From Macrostomum lignano (Eukaryota), in NCBI GenBank assembly GCA_002269645.1, contig NIVC01000859.1:62001-126000 (forward strand): a DNA stretch of 64,000 bases. Reading direction: 5' to 3'. The notes under the pieces are model-generated. The model was not told the origin of the DNA. It did no database searches and saw only the letters and a list, made by a program, of their open reading frames with translations. The translations under genes were made by a program, and so were the position numbers. Below are positions 19,303-30,392 of the stretch, piece after piece (within the stretch, counting starts at the first letter, position 1; every line of letters starts with the position of its first letter).

Positions 19303-20907
19303 TCAGTCAGAGTGTACTTGACGCTCCGGATCCAGCTGCCAAGTAATGAAAAGGACGCCTCTGCCTTTGATCTGCACCAACTTGAACTCTGTCTCACCAT
19401 CAGCGGTCAAAGTGTATCGGGGTTTCTTAGACAATGGTAATCTTACCAAAAACGATATGCTACGGAACAGATTGAAGTCAGCCGAGGTTGGCTGGCTTCC
19501 CGTAATCGTGAAAACCCTGTCAATATTGTCTTCAATCTTAAAGAAACTTATCCATATGTCATCTTTCAAAGACCTGCAGCAAACAAGCTTTTCTGTGATA
19601 GTACAGATGGTGAACACATCGCAGCGGTCAGACAATATTAACATTCGATCTCGAACTGCCATGCGAGTGTCTTTCTTAATAAGCTCGCAATCATGAGGCA
19701 CTGGAAAAGTCATTTGAATCTGATTAGAATCTTTGTTGAGCCCCAAAATTGTTAGATCATCACTATGCTCTTTAATCAGGGTGAACAACTTGTCACAGTT
19801 TCCAGCGATGCAGTACAGCTTCTTAGTACTTTCGTGCAACTCGGTGATGCAGATTCTTGACTTGTGAGCTCCGCTGAGGTCGGTCACTGTCACCGCTTGC
19901 TCCTGAGCGATGAACAGCAGCTGTCGCTCATTGTCGCAGTGGAGATCTCGGATTGGCTGATCGGCCTCCCAGCTGCAGGCCAGGCGACCCACAATATCTG
20001 CATCAGGAGACAGGAGCAGAATTTTGGATTCAGGAAAGTTTTTGACGCCTCTAGTATCGGCTTCGCTATCCGAGCTCTCCGAGGCAACCTGAACCTCAAC
20101 AGCTACAAAAATGCTTGGCTGAGGCAGTCGGCTGGGATCTGTAGAATGCTCGGCAGACTTCTTAACGATATCCGAGTCATGTATGACGAACCCAGAGGTG
20201 TTGTTGCACACGGTAAGACACGTGGCTATCTCGTTTTCTTGAAGCTTTGCTTCTTTTCTGCTTTCATTTGCTTTCAGCTGAATTTTATCGCATCGGACAG
20301 AGTCAGAAACATCGATCAGTTCAACATACTTTTTTAACATTGTCAGCTCGGATTTTACGGCATTTTGCAGCTCCCTTACTGACGAGTTCAAATCTGGATA
20401 AGCGACAAGCTCGACTTTCCCTTCATCCTCATCCATTTTCACCAGCTTCGAGTCCAACTGAAGCGTTCTTAGCGATGCCTCCAAGCTCCTGTTGACGAGG
20501 AAGACCTGCCTCATATTGTTGTTATTCTTTGCTTGCTTTAACTCTCTCTCAGAGTCTTCCAGCTCCGAGACACTTGATAGAGAGACCATTAGCTCGTCAT
20601 GCTGTTTAGTAACAACAGCACAGAGCTCACTTTGGCACTGGTCCAATGTCTCTCTGAGTTCGGCGAATGAGTCATCAAGAAGCTGCAGGTCAGACGCGAG
20701 TCTCTGCTGCATCAGTCTCATTGGCGCTCGATATGCCTTGAAGTGATGTATCCTCTCAGCGACTGAGGCTTCCAACGCGTCTAATTCAGCAAAGTCGTTT
20801 TGCAGGTGCGAGACGCAGAGAGGCTGGCAGGTGATTGGAGAATCGCTTGTAGCAGCACTGCGGCAGAGTCGCACGGAACAGCGACAAGGTGACTCCATAG
20901 CTTGCAA
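19303..20907 (-). CDS. Intronless 534-aa protein: CX4CX15CX2H putative Zn motif, long coiled coil, putative beta-propeller-like C-terminus
   Basis: Long open ORF. It shares blocks with 22688-24337 (VRLCR..A...SPI..QPLC..HLQ.D, RLMQQRLASD, DQPIRDLHCD...LLFIAQ). Confidence 0.8.
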   Translation of the reverse strand: MQAMESPCRCSVRLCRSAATSDSPITCQPLCVSHLQNDFAELDALEASVAERIHHFKAYRAPMRLMQQRLASDLQLLDDSFAELRETLDQCQSELCAVVTKQHDELMVSLSSVSELEDSERELKQAKNNNNMRQVFLVNRSLEASLRTLQLDSKLVKMDEDEGKVELVAYPDLNSSVRELQNAVKSELTMLKKYVELIDVSDSVRCDKIQLKANESRKEAKLQENEIATCLTVCNNTSGFVIHDSDIVKKSAEHSTDPSRLPQPSIFVAVEVQVASESSDSEADTRGVKNFPESKILLLSPDADIVGRLACSWEADQPIRDLHCDNERQLLFIAQEQAVTVTDLSGAHKSRICITELHESTKKLYCIAGNCDKLFTLIKEHSDDLTILGLNKDSNQIQMTFPVPHDCELIKKDTRMAVRDRMLILSDRCDVFTICTITEKLVCCRSLKDDIWISFFKIEDNIDRVFTITGSQPTSADFNLFRSISFLVRLPLSKKPRYTLTADGETEFKLVQIKGRGVLFITWQLDPERQVHSD

Positions 20908-22687
20908 TTGGTTTTAATTTCGAGGCAGTTACAGGTAGCTCGTCTTCATTTCTGTAAGGAGTTTATTAAGTCTAAGACTCGTACGGTCATTTTAAAGTGT
21001 ACTGCGCTGTACGTTCACAATGCGAATTAAAGCTGATGAAGGCTTCATTTGTGCTTTTTACGAGCGCTCGTAGTAGTAGGGTTCTAATTTCCTGCACTAG
21101 AGGGCCAAAATTGCAGGCTATTCATGCACAACTTAATTGTACTTAGAGAATGCTCTGTAGGATAGAAAAGCTGAAATATCAGGCCAAACCTTACAAATAC
21201 TGCTGTAGAGGCTGCGTCAGAACATTTTGTGGGCCGTTTTGATGCAGTTGGTGTAGATATGATGCTAGAGATGCAAATTGATAACTGAAAAGCATAAGAA
21301 TAGCGGATCATAGCTGGGTTGCAGACAGTCTAAGTAGTATGCTAGTAGAAGGACGTTTTTTTATTGTTCTAACTAAATATGAACAATTAATGGCTAAAAG
21401 TGAAATTTTATTGACTTTTCTGTCCAGAAGACACAAACCAAATTTATTTTGACTGATCAAACTTACTGACACTTGGTTTTTACCAGGGCAAAAAAACAAA
21501 AGCACCAAAAAATTACAACTCATCGTTTTTCTCATTTGTTCTTTGTAATAAATTAAACCTCGTATGCTTTGATCCTTCAATTAAAACAATACACTCGGAA
21601 AAGCATCGCAATGCCGCCGATAGTCTAGCAATGAAAGTGATAGCGATAGATAATAATAGGCGATGGTTTGTCCTGATAGAAACGATTCGTTGTCTTTAGT
21701 GATCACCATAATCCCCCTCTTAAAGCAGCCTTCTTAGACACAGCCTCCACCTGTAGCAACACACTTCTCCCGTCGCGTGAAACGCATCAAAACAGCATGT
21801 CTGGGAAGACAATAGAGGAGACTGCGCCGGAATTTCTCTCCCAAATGATCTCTGCTTGCACCAACTCACTTCCTCAAACGATCAAGGAAGTTACGCAAGC
21901 AGAAGATCCAGTATGAGTGAATTAACTCACAACAGTGGTTCAGAAACCACTGGGCTTGAAAATCAACGCTTTTTAAATTCGCTGACACATTTACAAAATT
22001 TTGTGACGAATACAGATTAACAATGCCAGGTTAAAACGCGAAGGGGTTGAAAGTTAACGATATTTGCTTAATTGCTTAAGATCATATGAGCTCCGCACAA
22101 CGCCCGCTTGGAAGAAACCCGATTCAAATTGTATTTTATATGAACGCAACCCTTACTTTGTAAAACAAATATCAGTCAAGTTACTACGCTACTTACAAAC
22201 TTCAGCAACGCAAGATGTTAAATTACTCGTACATATTTTAATAGATGGCGCAAGCAATTACAGAAATCGAATAAGTGGCTAACCCCAAAATAGGATAACG
22301 ACAGAAGTGACATCGTCACAATTTAAATAACAACAAAGTTGTTCCATTTCAACCGTGATAAAGATGGAAACATGGAAAAATGACAGATCCTGTCTGCGAA
22401 TAGTACAGATGAAAATTATCTAATGGAAAATCGAACGTCTAATCAATCGAATATGATAGCATAAATATTGGTTAAAGGCCACAAAGATAACAGACATAAC
22501 AGAGCTCTGATGAAAAGCACATGATAGGATAAAAAACTTTTTTACGGTTAAAAAGCTAAAGAAGTCATACTTTAAAAACTACAACAAATTTAACTCAAAT
22601 TTCCTTTATTGTTCATTGCGCAGTCTAAAGTCTACTAAAAATCGATATCAAGTCGGTATGATTGTGCTACACCAAAACAGTCGGAGT

Positions 22688-24337
22688 TCAGAATTCAAAA
22701 ACGCGCTGCCTCAAGGAATTGTTAGCCACATCGAAGGCCACGCAGCGCTTGCCGTCGGTGCTAAACTCAATCACCGAGTCGTCGGTGAACGGAACTTTGA
22801 TTGCAGCACCGAAGTAGGGCGTTCCGAAGCCGCTGCTCACCTGCTGAGCAACGAGAGCGGCCATGTTTCGGTTGCCTCGCAGCAGTTCAGCATTCAAGTC
22901 GAACTTTCCTTTGTCCTGCACACTGTTCGAGGCCAGCAGCATCCCAGTGATGGAGCACACTGTGTGCAGCTTCTCACCGTCATCAATGAACAGCATGCGG
23001 TCCCTCACCGAAATCCGAGGCCTGGCGCCCGCCTTGTCGATGCCGGTCACCGCGAGCTTCAGCTGGACTTCGTTCGACTTCTTGGACAGTCCGAAAATCA
23101 CCGGCTTGCCATCAGCTCGCTCGGCGAGGATGAACAGCTTGTCAGAGTCTCCGGCGATGCAGCGCAGCTTCTGCACGTCATCTTGCAGGTCAGAGATACC
23201 GACTCGAGACTGCTCCACTCCGCACATGTCGGCGATGATCAGCTGTCGATCTTGAGCGATGAACAGCAGTTGCAGTTTTGTGTCGCAGTGCAGATCTCTG
23301 ATGGGCTGATCCCAGCTGCCGGGTACCTTGCCGACCTCCTCGGAGTCGAATGAAACCAAAACGACATTTTTCTCGCTGGCAGAACGATCCACGGCGACAA
23401 GAATGGATTTGGGAGGCAGCTGACGTGTTTCAGACACTTGGGTCACTTCTGCAGTTGCTGTCTGAGATACCTCGATGACTTCAGTAGCTGTCTGAGATGC
23501 TTCGATGACTTTAGTAGTTGGCTGATGTATTTGAGTGTCTTCAGAAGCTGGTTGAGGCACTCGCTTTTTACGCGACTTACGATGTCCACTCGCTGTTTTA
23601 GCTTTAACGATGCTACCAGATCCGTCAAGAGCAAAGCCCTCAGTGCTATTCCACACTGTCAAGCAAGACGGGGTTCCGATGAGTTGGACATTGTTTTGTT
23701 TTGGAACTACATCAGTACTTGGACCACCCTGGCTTTTGCAAGCGCGAATATCAAGGCTTTTAACCAATTTCTGAGCAAGCTGAAGCGACATCTCGAAGCT
23801 CATCTGCAGGTTTTTAACCATCGAGTTCACATCCGGGAAGGCAGCCATCGTGATCTCGGTTTTTCCTTCATTCATGCACACAAGCTCTGAGTTAAGCTCA
23901 AGTGACTCAAGCGACTTGTCCATATTCTCCGTGATGAGAAAGGCCTGTCTCAGGTCGCTCTCGTTCTTCGCCGTCCTGAACTCCGTCTCAAGATCGTCAA
24001 CCACGGCTAGAGTCGCAAGAGACTCCGAAACCTTTTCGTAGTGCTCGCTGACGGCTTCAGTGAGCTCCGCCTGGCACTTTTCGAATGAGTCGCGCAGATC
24101 TTGAAAGGTGTCACAGAGAAGCTCCATGTCGGACGCCAGCCTCTGCTGCATGAGACGCAGCGGGCGCTGGTAATTGCGGAAGTGAGCGATTCTATCCGCG
24201 ACAGCGGCCTCCGCATTCTCGCACCTGCGCAGGTCGGCCTGCAGATGGTGCTCACAGAGCGGCTGGTCCGAGATCGGAGACTTTCTGGCCGACGGATTTC
24301 TGCACAGTCTCACGAAGCAAGTCGCTTTGGTGTCCAT
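22688..24337 (-). CDS. Intronless 549-aa paralogue of 19303-20907
   Basis: Long open ORF with the same conserved blocks plus a low-complexity T/E/Q linker. Confidence 0.82.
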   Translation of the reverse strand: MDTKATCFVRLCRNPSARKSPISDQPLCEHHLQADLRRCENAEAAVADRIAHFRNYQRPLRLMQQRLASDMELLCDTFQDLRDSFEKCQAELTEAVSEHYEKVSESLATLAVVDDLETEFRTAKNESDLRQAFLITENMDKSLESLELNSELVCMNEGKTEITMAAFPDVNSMVKNLQMSFEMSLQLAQKLVKSLDIRACKSQGGPSTDVVPKQNNVQLIGTPSCLTVWNSTEGFALDGSGSIVKAKTASGHRKSRKKRVPQPASEDTQIHQPTTKVIEASQTATEVIEVSQTATAEVTQVSETRQLPPKSILVAVDRSASEKNVVLVSFDSEEVGKVPGSWDQPIRDLHCDTKLQLLFIAQDRQLIIADMCGVEQSRVGISDLQDDVQKLRCIAGDSDKLFILAERADGKPVIFGLSKKSNEVQLKLAVTGIDKAGARPRISVRDRMLFIDDGEKLHTVCSITGMLLASNSVQDKGKFDLNAELLRGNRNMAALVAQQVSSGFGTPYFGAAIKVPFTDDSVIEFSTDGKRCVAFDVANNSLRQRVFEF

Positions 24338-25469
24338 TCTTGTGTCCGAAATTCAGTGAGTGATTAAGCTTTGGAGTGACTAAGAAATGAAAGCCTGTAA
24401 GCGTCACGAAAATGTGATGCTGCTAATACAATAGAACTAGGAGGCAGTATGTGGGCTGTATTTACTGCAATCCCGGAATGTTTATAGCCATGAACTTCAT
24501 TACACGTACAGTCCGAGACAACGTGTACGTAGGCAATGTGCAAAGTTTTTAGCCTGCACATGTACGGCATGCGAAGTTCCGCTTTTTCTAAAGCCGATGT
24601 AGCTGCATCTGCATTTCATGTACAGGCCAAGATTACGTGCAAGCGCGAAATGTGCAAAGTTTTATCCTGTACGGCATGCGAAGTTCCGCTTTTTCGAAGC
24701 TGATTTAGGCACTTGCTGGTCTAGTGACGGGGAAATGCCTGGCCAACTGAGCAACGTGTTTTGTAAAGTACTGCGTCTGTGACCTTCTACGAGTACGTGG
24801 GGAGCAGCCTAAGTACTGTGGGTTAGCGATCGCGTCGTGGAAGGGTCGCTCCAGGCTTGAATTGGGTCTCTGCGCTGTGCTTTCTCTCTCACTGCTGTCT
24901 CGCGGGGGGGGGGGGGTGAGCGTTCGAGCCTCCTCATCTCAACCCGTTGGGTGTTTTTCTATGCCGCCGCGCGGGGCTGCTGCCCGGTCTCTCCCTTGCA
25001 CGCTAATTTTTTCTCCATGCGCCCTTATTCTATCCTATCTTTTTCAATCACCGTTTTTATACTGATTTACACTCGTATTTGAGTGCGCGGCGGACATGGG
25101 CTTGTCTAAATGGCAACTGTGTTGACATATTGACACTCCACACCTGACTCCGCGATTCTCTGCGGCACCAATGGAACACCAATCCTGTAGATTGATTTTG
25201 TCTGGTGGACTGTCCACTCCATTTTAACGCCGGGCAGCACTTGTCTGAATTTAACTGCTCTGCGTCTTGAATTTAATGCGCAGCCACAGACGGTGTTTTG
25301 ACCATAGACAAAAGTAGAAACATTGTTGAATATGATTGGCAGTGTCTTAAAAATGAGTGTTCAAATTTCTAAAATTCTATAGTGTATGTACTACTGTTAG
25401 TATAACACTTACCTAACTTTTACTTCTAATCCAATCTGTACTTCTCGCTTCTAAGCTCTTATTATCCAA

Positions 25470-25790
25470 CGGTCCAACACGGCGCTTCGATGTGCCAGCG
25501 GCCCAGGCTCGATTCCAAGTGCAGTCACATTAATTTGGGGCTGAATTGGAATCTCGGCTTGGCTCTGCTCGTGCAATTAACGACTAACGCCATTGAGGGC
25601 CAACCCCCGAGGAACAGTGAAGTGTATATGCCTAAAGATAAATAAAGTTAGGGCCGCTGTACACTCCTGTGTGAGTGTGTGCCTGCTCAGCGAAATCGGC
25701 GGAATGGGCAGTAATGCCTCTCGCCGGTTATGTGAAAATGCCGCTTAAAAGTTCCCACAGCCCTTGAAACTAATAAAAAACCCATTACTG
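25470..25790 (+). mobile_element. tRNA-derived SINE copy (5' degenerate)
   Basis: gatgtgccagcggcccaggctcgattcc...gcagtcacat core shared with 53593 and 56042; A-rich end. Confidence 0.8.
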
Positions 25791-25952
25791 TAAGTAGCTA
25801 ATTAGCACTTTAAGTTTCAGATAAAAATCTGAATAAAAAACTTTAACAGAATCGAAGGCAGCAATGATTTTGTCTATTTTTTCATAGTAAATGATTAACA
25901 GTTATCGTCACTCTGATAGAAATCGCAAAATCTTAATTAGTAGTATAACAAG

Positions 25953-26505
25953 TTAAAGCCAAGGACGACTTTAGTAGAAGGACGGGAAACCTGGTCTCTT
26001 AGAAAATGTTAGAAGGCAGGTTCTCCCGAGAAAACACACCACGGAGATAGAAAGCCTTCATTTTTTCAGCACAAAAATTGTTATTGCTTTTGATAGGAGG
26101 CAGATCCAGTGTTCATTTTTTGATATGCTGTGCCTTTCTTATTGCTCTATCGATATTCATATCAGGATTCTATGTTAATTTTAATTCTACGTACATTTCC
26201 TGTACCTAAAAACAATATTAATGCATTGTACGGCTCTAAATATTTGGTTTTATGAATCTATTTTATCATTTTTGCTACGCATATTTGTTACAAAGTCAGC
26301 TAAGAATGATAAAACAGACTCATAAAACCAAAGAGCCGAGCTGTGCCATTCTAATGGTTTTTAGGCACAAGACATGCGCAAATTGTGCTGAAAAAATGAA
26401 AACTTCCCATCTCCGCAGTGTATTCTTTCGGGAAAACCGGCCTTCCAAATTTTTCTAAGAAACCAGGTTTTCCGTCCCTCTACTTAAGTCGTCCTTGATT
26501 ATTAA
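25953..26505. mobile_element. MITE/foldback element with ~120-bp imperfect terminal inverted repeats, TTAA-flanked
   Basis: aaggacgactttagtagaaggacgggaaacctgg...ttcagcaca matches the reverse complement of tgtgctgaa...ccaggttttccgtccctctacttaagtcgtcctt. Confidence 0.75.
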
Positions 26506-26685
26506 GGCATTCAGCATTGATAATAATTTTTTATGAGCCTGACCAAAAAAATCCTTGAGTTACAGTTCAATGCTCCAAATTAAGTCAATCTAATCAGAAC
26601 ACTCACTCTAGATAGAAGACAATAGAAAGACAATTATTCTTTTATTGAAAATTTCTATCATGCAGGCGAGAAGGAATGGAGAGCA

Positions 26686-26795
26686 TCAGATTCCGCGAAT
26701 CCGCAGCAGCAGGAGGGCCAGCAGCAGCAGCCCCGAGGCCCAGGCGATCGCCGACACAAAGCCCAAATAGACAGGGGCGGCCGTGAAGCCGAAAC
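26686..26795 (-). CDS. ABCH: ABCH exon 7 (last TM helix, stop)
   Basis: [19 protein letters not shown]...RIRGI*; minus-strand AATAAA at ~26640. Confidence 0.85.
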
Positions 26796-26868
26796 CTGCA
26801 GTGCGGCGGGTTATCAGTGCTTGCATAATGCGGAGAGACAGACAAACAGAGAGGACAGTCAGACCCAC

Positions 26869-26919
<51 letters not shown>

Positions 26920-26926
26920 GCCAGAC

Positions 26927-26978
<52 letters not shown>

Positions 26979-27019
26979 GGACGGACAGACAGACAGACAG
27001 AGAGGACAGTCAGACCCAC

Positions 27020-27058
<39 letters not shown>

Positions 27059-27094
27059 GCCAGACAGACAGACAGAGAGGACAGTCAGACCCAC

Positions 27095-27191
<97 letters not shown>

Positions 27192-27219
27192 GAGGACAGT
27201 CAGACCCACACAGACAGAC

Positions 27220-27258
<39 letters not shown>

Positions 27259-27277
27259 GCCAGACAGATAGACAGTC

Positions 27278-27330
<53 letters not shown>

Positions 27331-27331
27331 T

Positions 27332-27368
<37 letters not shown>

Positions 27369-27382
27369 GAGGACAGTCAGAC

Positions 27383-27415
<33 letters not shown>

Positions 27416-27440
27416 CACAAAGACAGACAGACAGACCCAC

Positions 27441-27473
<33 letters not shown>

Positions 27474-27547
27474 GAGGACGAGAGGACAGTCAGACAGATG
27501 ACAGACAGACAGAGAGGACAGTCAGACAGACAGACAGACAAACAGGC

Positions 27548-27590
<43 letters not shown>

Positions 27591-27706
27591 TACAGACAGA
27601 CAGATACATAGACAGACAGACAGACAGATAAACAGACAGACAGACAGACCCACACAGACAGACAGACAGACAGACAGACACTAAAAAAGACAGGTAGGCA
27701 TGCATG

Positions 27707-27745
<39 letters not shown>

Positions 27746-30043
27746 GCAGACAGACACACAGACAGACAGGCAGACAGACAGACAGACAGGCTAGGCAACC
27801 CAGACCAGACACGCAGCAGCCCAATCTCACCCCTGCTCAGCACGGATCTCATGGCCTCCACAGACTGGCTGATCGGCAGTCCCCTACTGATGAAGCGCAG
27901 ATACTGCGGCATGGCCTCAGCAGGCCAGATGATGCCGCTGAGCAGCAGGTTGGGGTACATGGTGCCCAGGGCAGCTTGAATAGCGGAGTTCTCAGCTGAG
28001 CACAGGGCGGAGATCATGAGCCCGAGTGACATTCCGGTGAAACCGTTCAACAGCGCCAGCAGGATGACCCATAGCACGGAACCGTGACACGGCACCTGAA
28101 ACACCACCAGAGAGAAGAACAGAAGCAAGCCGGTCTGCCCGGCCATGATGAGCAGCTGGGTGAGCATATGGCCGAGCATCAGCTCCAGTATGGTGACCCC
28201 AGCAACAAGACTTCGATCTAGCAGGCCTTCCTTTCGTTCCAACACGAAGCTGAGCGCAGTGAGTCCGGTAGCCATGAAGAATACAATGGTGACAATCATT
28301 CCAGGGGCCATGAACTCCGTAAAGCTGGGATTATCAGTTCCTAGCAACGGAGCGTCCATGACAACCGGTAGACTGACCAGCTCTGGCGATAATCCAAATT
28401 GGGAGAGCAAATCTCCGGCAAATTTTTGAAATGATTCAGCGACAGACTTTTGAATCATCAGGCTGACTTGATAGTTGGAGTTGTCCAGTTGCAGGTGGAC
28501 ACTGCCGCCACTCAGGGTGGCGTTGGTGGCAGCCGTCGGGTTTGAGAAGCGCGCGAGCAGGTCGGTAGAGAAATTCGAGCCAAGCGAGAGCACCGCCCAG
28601 GCGCGAACGTTGCGAACTTCAGTGCGAGCTTCTTCCAGACTTTTGAATGGTTTCTGTGGGTGGGAGTTTAAGGAGGGTGTCTGTGGTGGAGTTTGAGTAG
28701 GGTGTCTGTGGTGGAGTTTGAGTAGGGTGTCTGTGGTGGAGTTTGAGTAGGGTGTCTGTCAGTAGTTTGAGTAGGGTAGTAGAGTTTGAGTAGGGTGTCT
28801 GTAGTAGACTTTGATTAGGGTGTCTGTAGTATACTTTGAGTAGGGTGTCTGTAGTATACTTTGAGTAGGGTGTCTGTAGTATACTTTGAGTAGGGTGTCT
28901 GTAGTATACTTTGAGTAGGGTGTCTGTAGTAGCCTTTGAGTTGGGTGTCTGTAGTAGATTCTGAGTAGGGTGTCTGTGGTGGATTTTGAGTAAGGTGTCT
29001 GTGGTGGAGTTTGAGTAGGGTGTCTGTAGTAGACTTTGAATAGGGTGTCTGTAGTATACTTTGAGTAGGGTGTCTGTAGTATACTTTGAGTAGGGTGTCT
29101 GTAGTAGCCTTTGAGTTGGGTGTCTGTAGTAGATTCTGAGTAGGGTGTCTGTGGTGGATTTTGAGTAAGGTGTCTGTGGTGGAGTTTGAGTAGGGTGTCT
29201 GTAGTAGAGTTTAAGTAGGGTGTCTGTAGTAGACTTTGAGTAGGGTGTCTGTAGTATACTTTGAGTAGGGTGTCTGTAGTATACTTTGAGTAGGGTGTCT
29301 GTAGTAGCCTTTGAGTAGGGTGTCTGTAGTAGCCTTTGAGTAGGGTGTCTGTAGTAGCCTTTGAGTTGGGTATCTGTAGTAAAAATAGTGTTGGGTGTCT
29401 AGTAGGGTTTGAGTAGGGTGTCTGTAGTAGAGTTTGAGTTAAATATAAGCACAGTATTTAGAGCAAAACCATCGAAGCCTCACCACATGGAAGGTGTTAT
29501 TATCCAGGTAGGTCATAAACTTGGCTCCCAGCTCCCCAGAGCTGTCCAGATTAACACTGGCAAGAGTGAGCCCAAACGGGTCTCCGCCAACGCACACGCA
29601 GAACAGCACAATCTGAATAATTGGCAGGATGAACTGGAAAGCCAGGAAGGTGAGTCGCCTTCGCAGATTGTTGAAATTCTTGCCAACCACCGCCAGGATG
29701 TGCCAGAGGGAGGGCAGGGCGAACACAGACCGGAGACTGTCGCCCAACGGCACGTACTCTTTGTAGAGCAGGTTTGGCAGCGAGTCGCCATCGTTCGAGT
29801 TGGAAGTAGCACCCGCAGGTGAGGAATTTAGCGAGCGATCGTGGTTGCTAGGCTTGGGTAGCAACGGCGAATTTTCGGTGACGATTTCTGATGTGGAGGC
29901 AGCGGCGTTGGCGGCTACTGAAGTGCTGGATGCAGCTGCCGAGGTATCTGGCAATGAATCTTCCGAGTCCATCTCGCAGAGCTTGAGAAAGACCGACTCC
30001 AGGCTCTGAGATTTTGAGAAGATGCAGATAGTAGTAGTAGTAA

Positions 30044-30084
<41 letters not shown>

Positions 30085-30221
30085 ATAGTAGTAGTAGTAG
30101 TAGTAGTAGTAGTAGCAGTAGTAGTAGTAGCATTAGTAGCAGTAGTAGGAGGAGTAGTAGTAGTAGTAGTAGTAGTAGTAGCAGTAGTAGCAGTAGTAGC
30201 AGTAGTAGTAGTAGTAGTAGC

Positions 30222-30283
<62 letters not shown>

Positions 30284-30323
30284 CATTAGTAGTAGTATAG
30301 TAGTAGTAGTAGTAGTAGTAGTG

Positions 30324-30354
<31 letters not shown>

Positions 30355-30355
30355 C

Positions 30356-30392
<37 letters not shown>

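Noticed and set aside
21790-21915. Short ORF weakly resembling a Gypsy pol linker (LPQTIKEVTQAEDPV)
   Set aside because: Too short, with no flanking domains.
20960-22530. Hammerhead ribozyme cores (CTGATGA at ~20974 and ~22507)
   Set aside because: No flanking stems or correctly placed GAAA could be built.
26642-27757. Long ORFs of SVCL/TDRQ repeats
   Set aside because: Translations of the (CAGA)n intron microsatellite.
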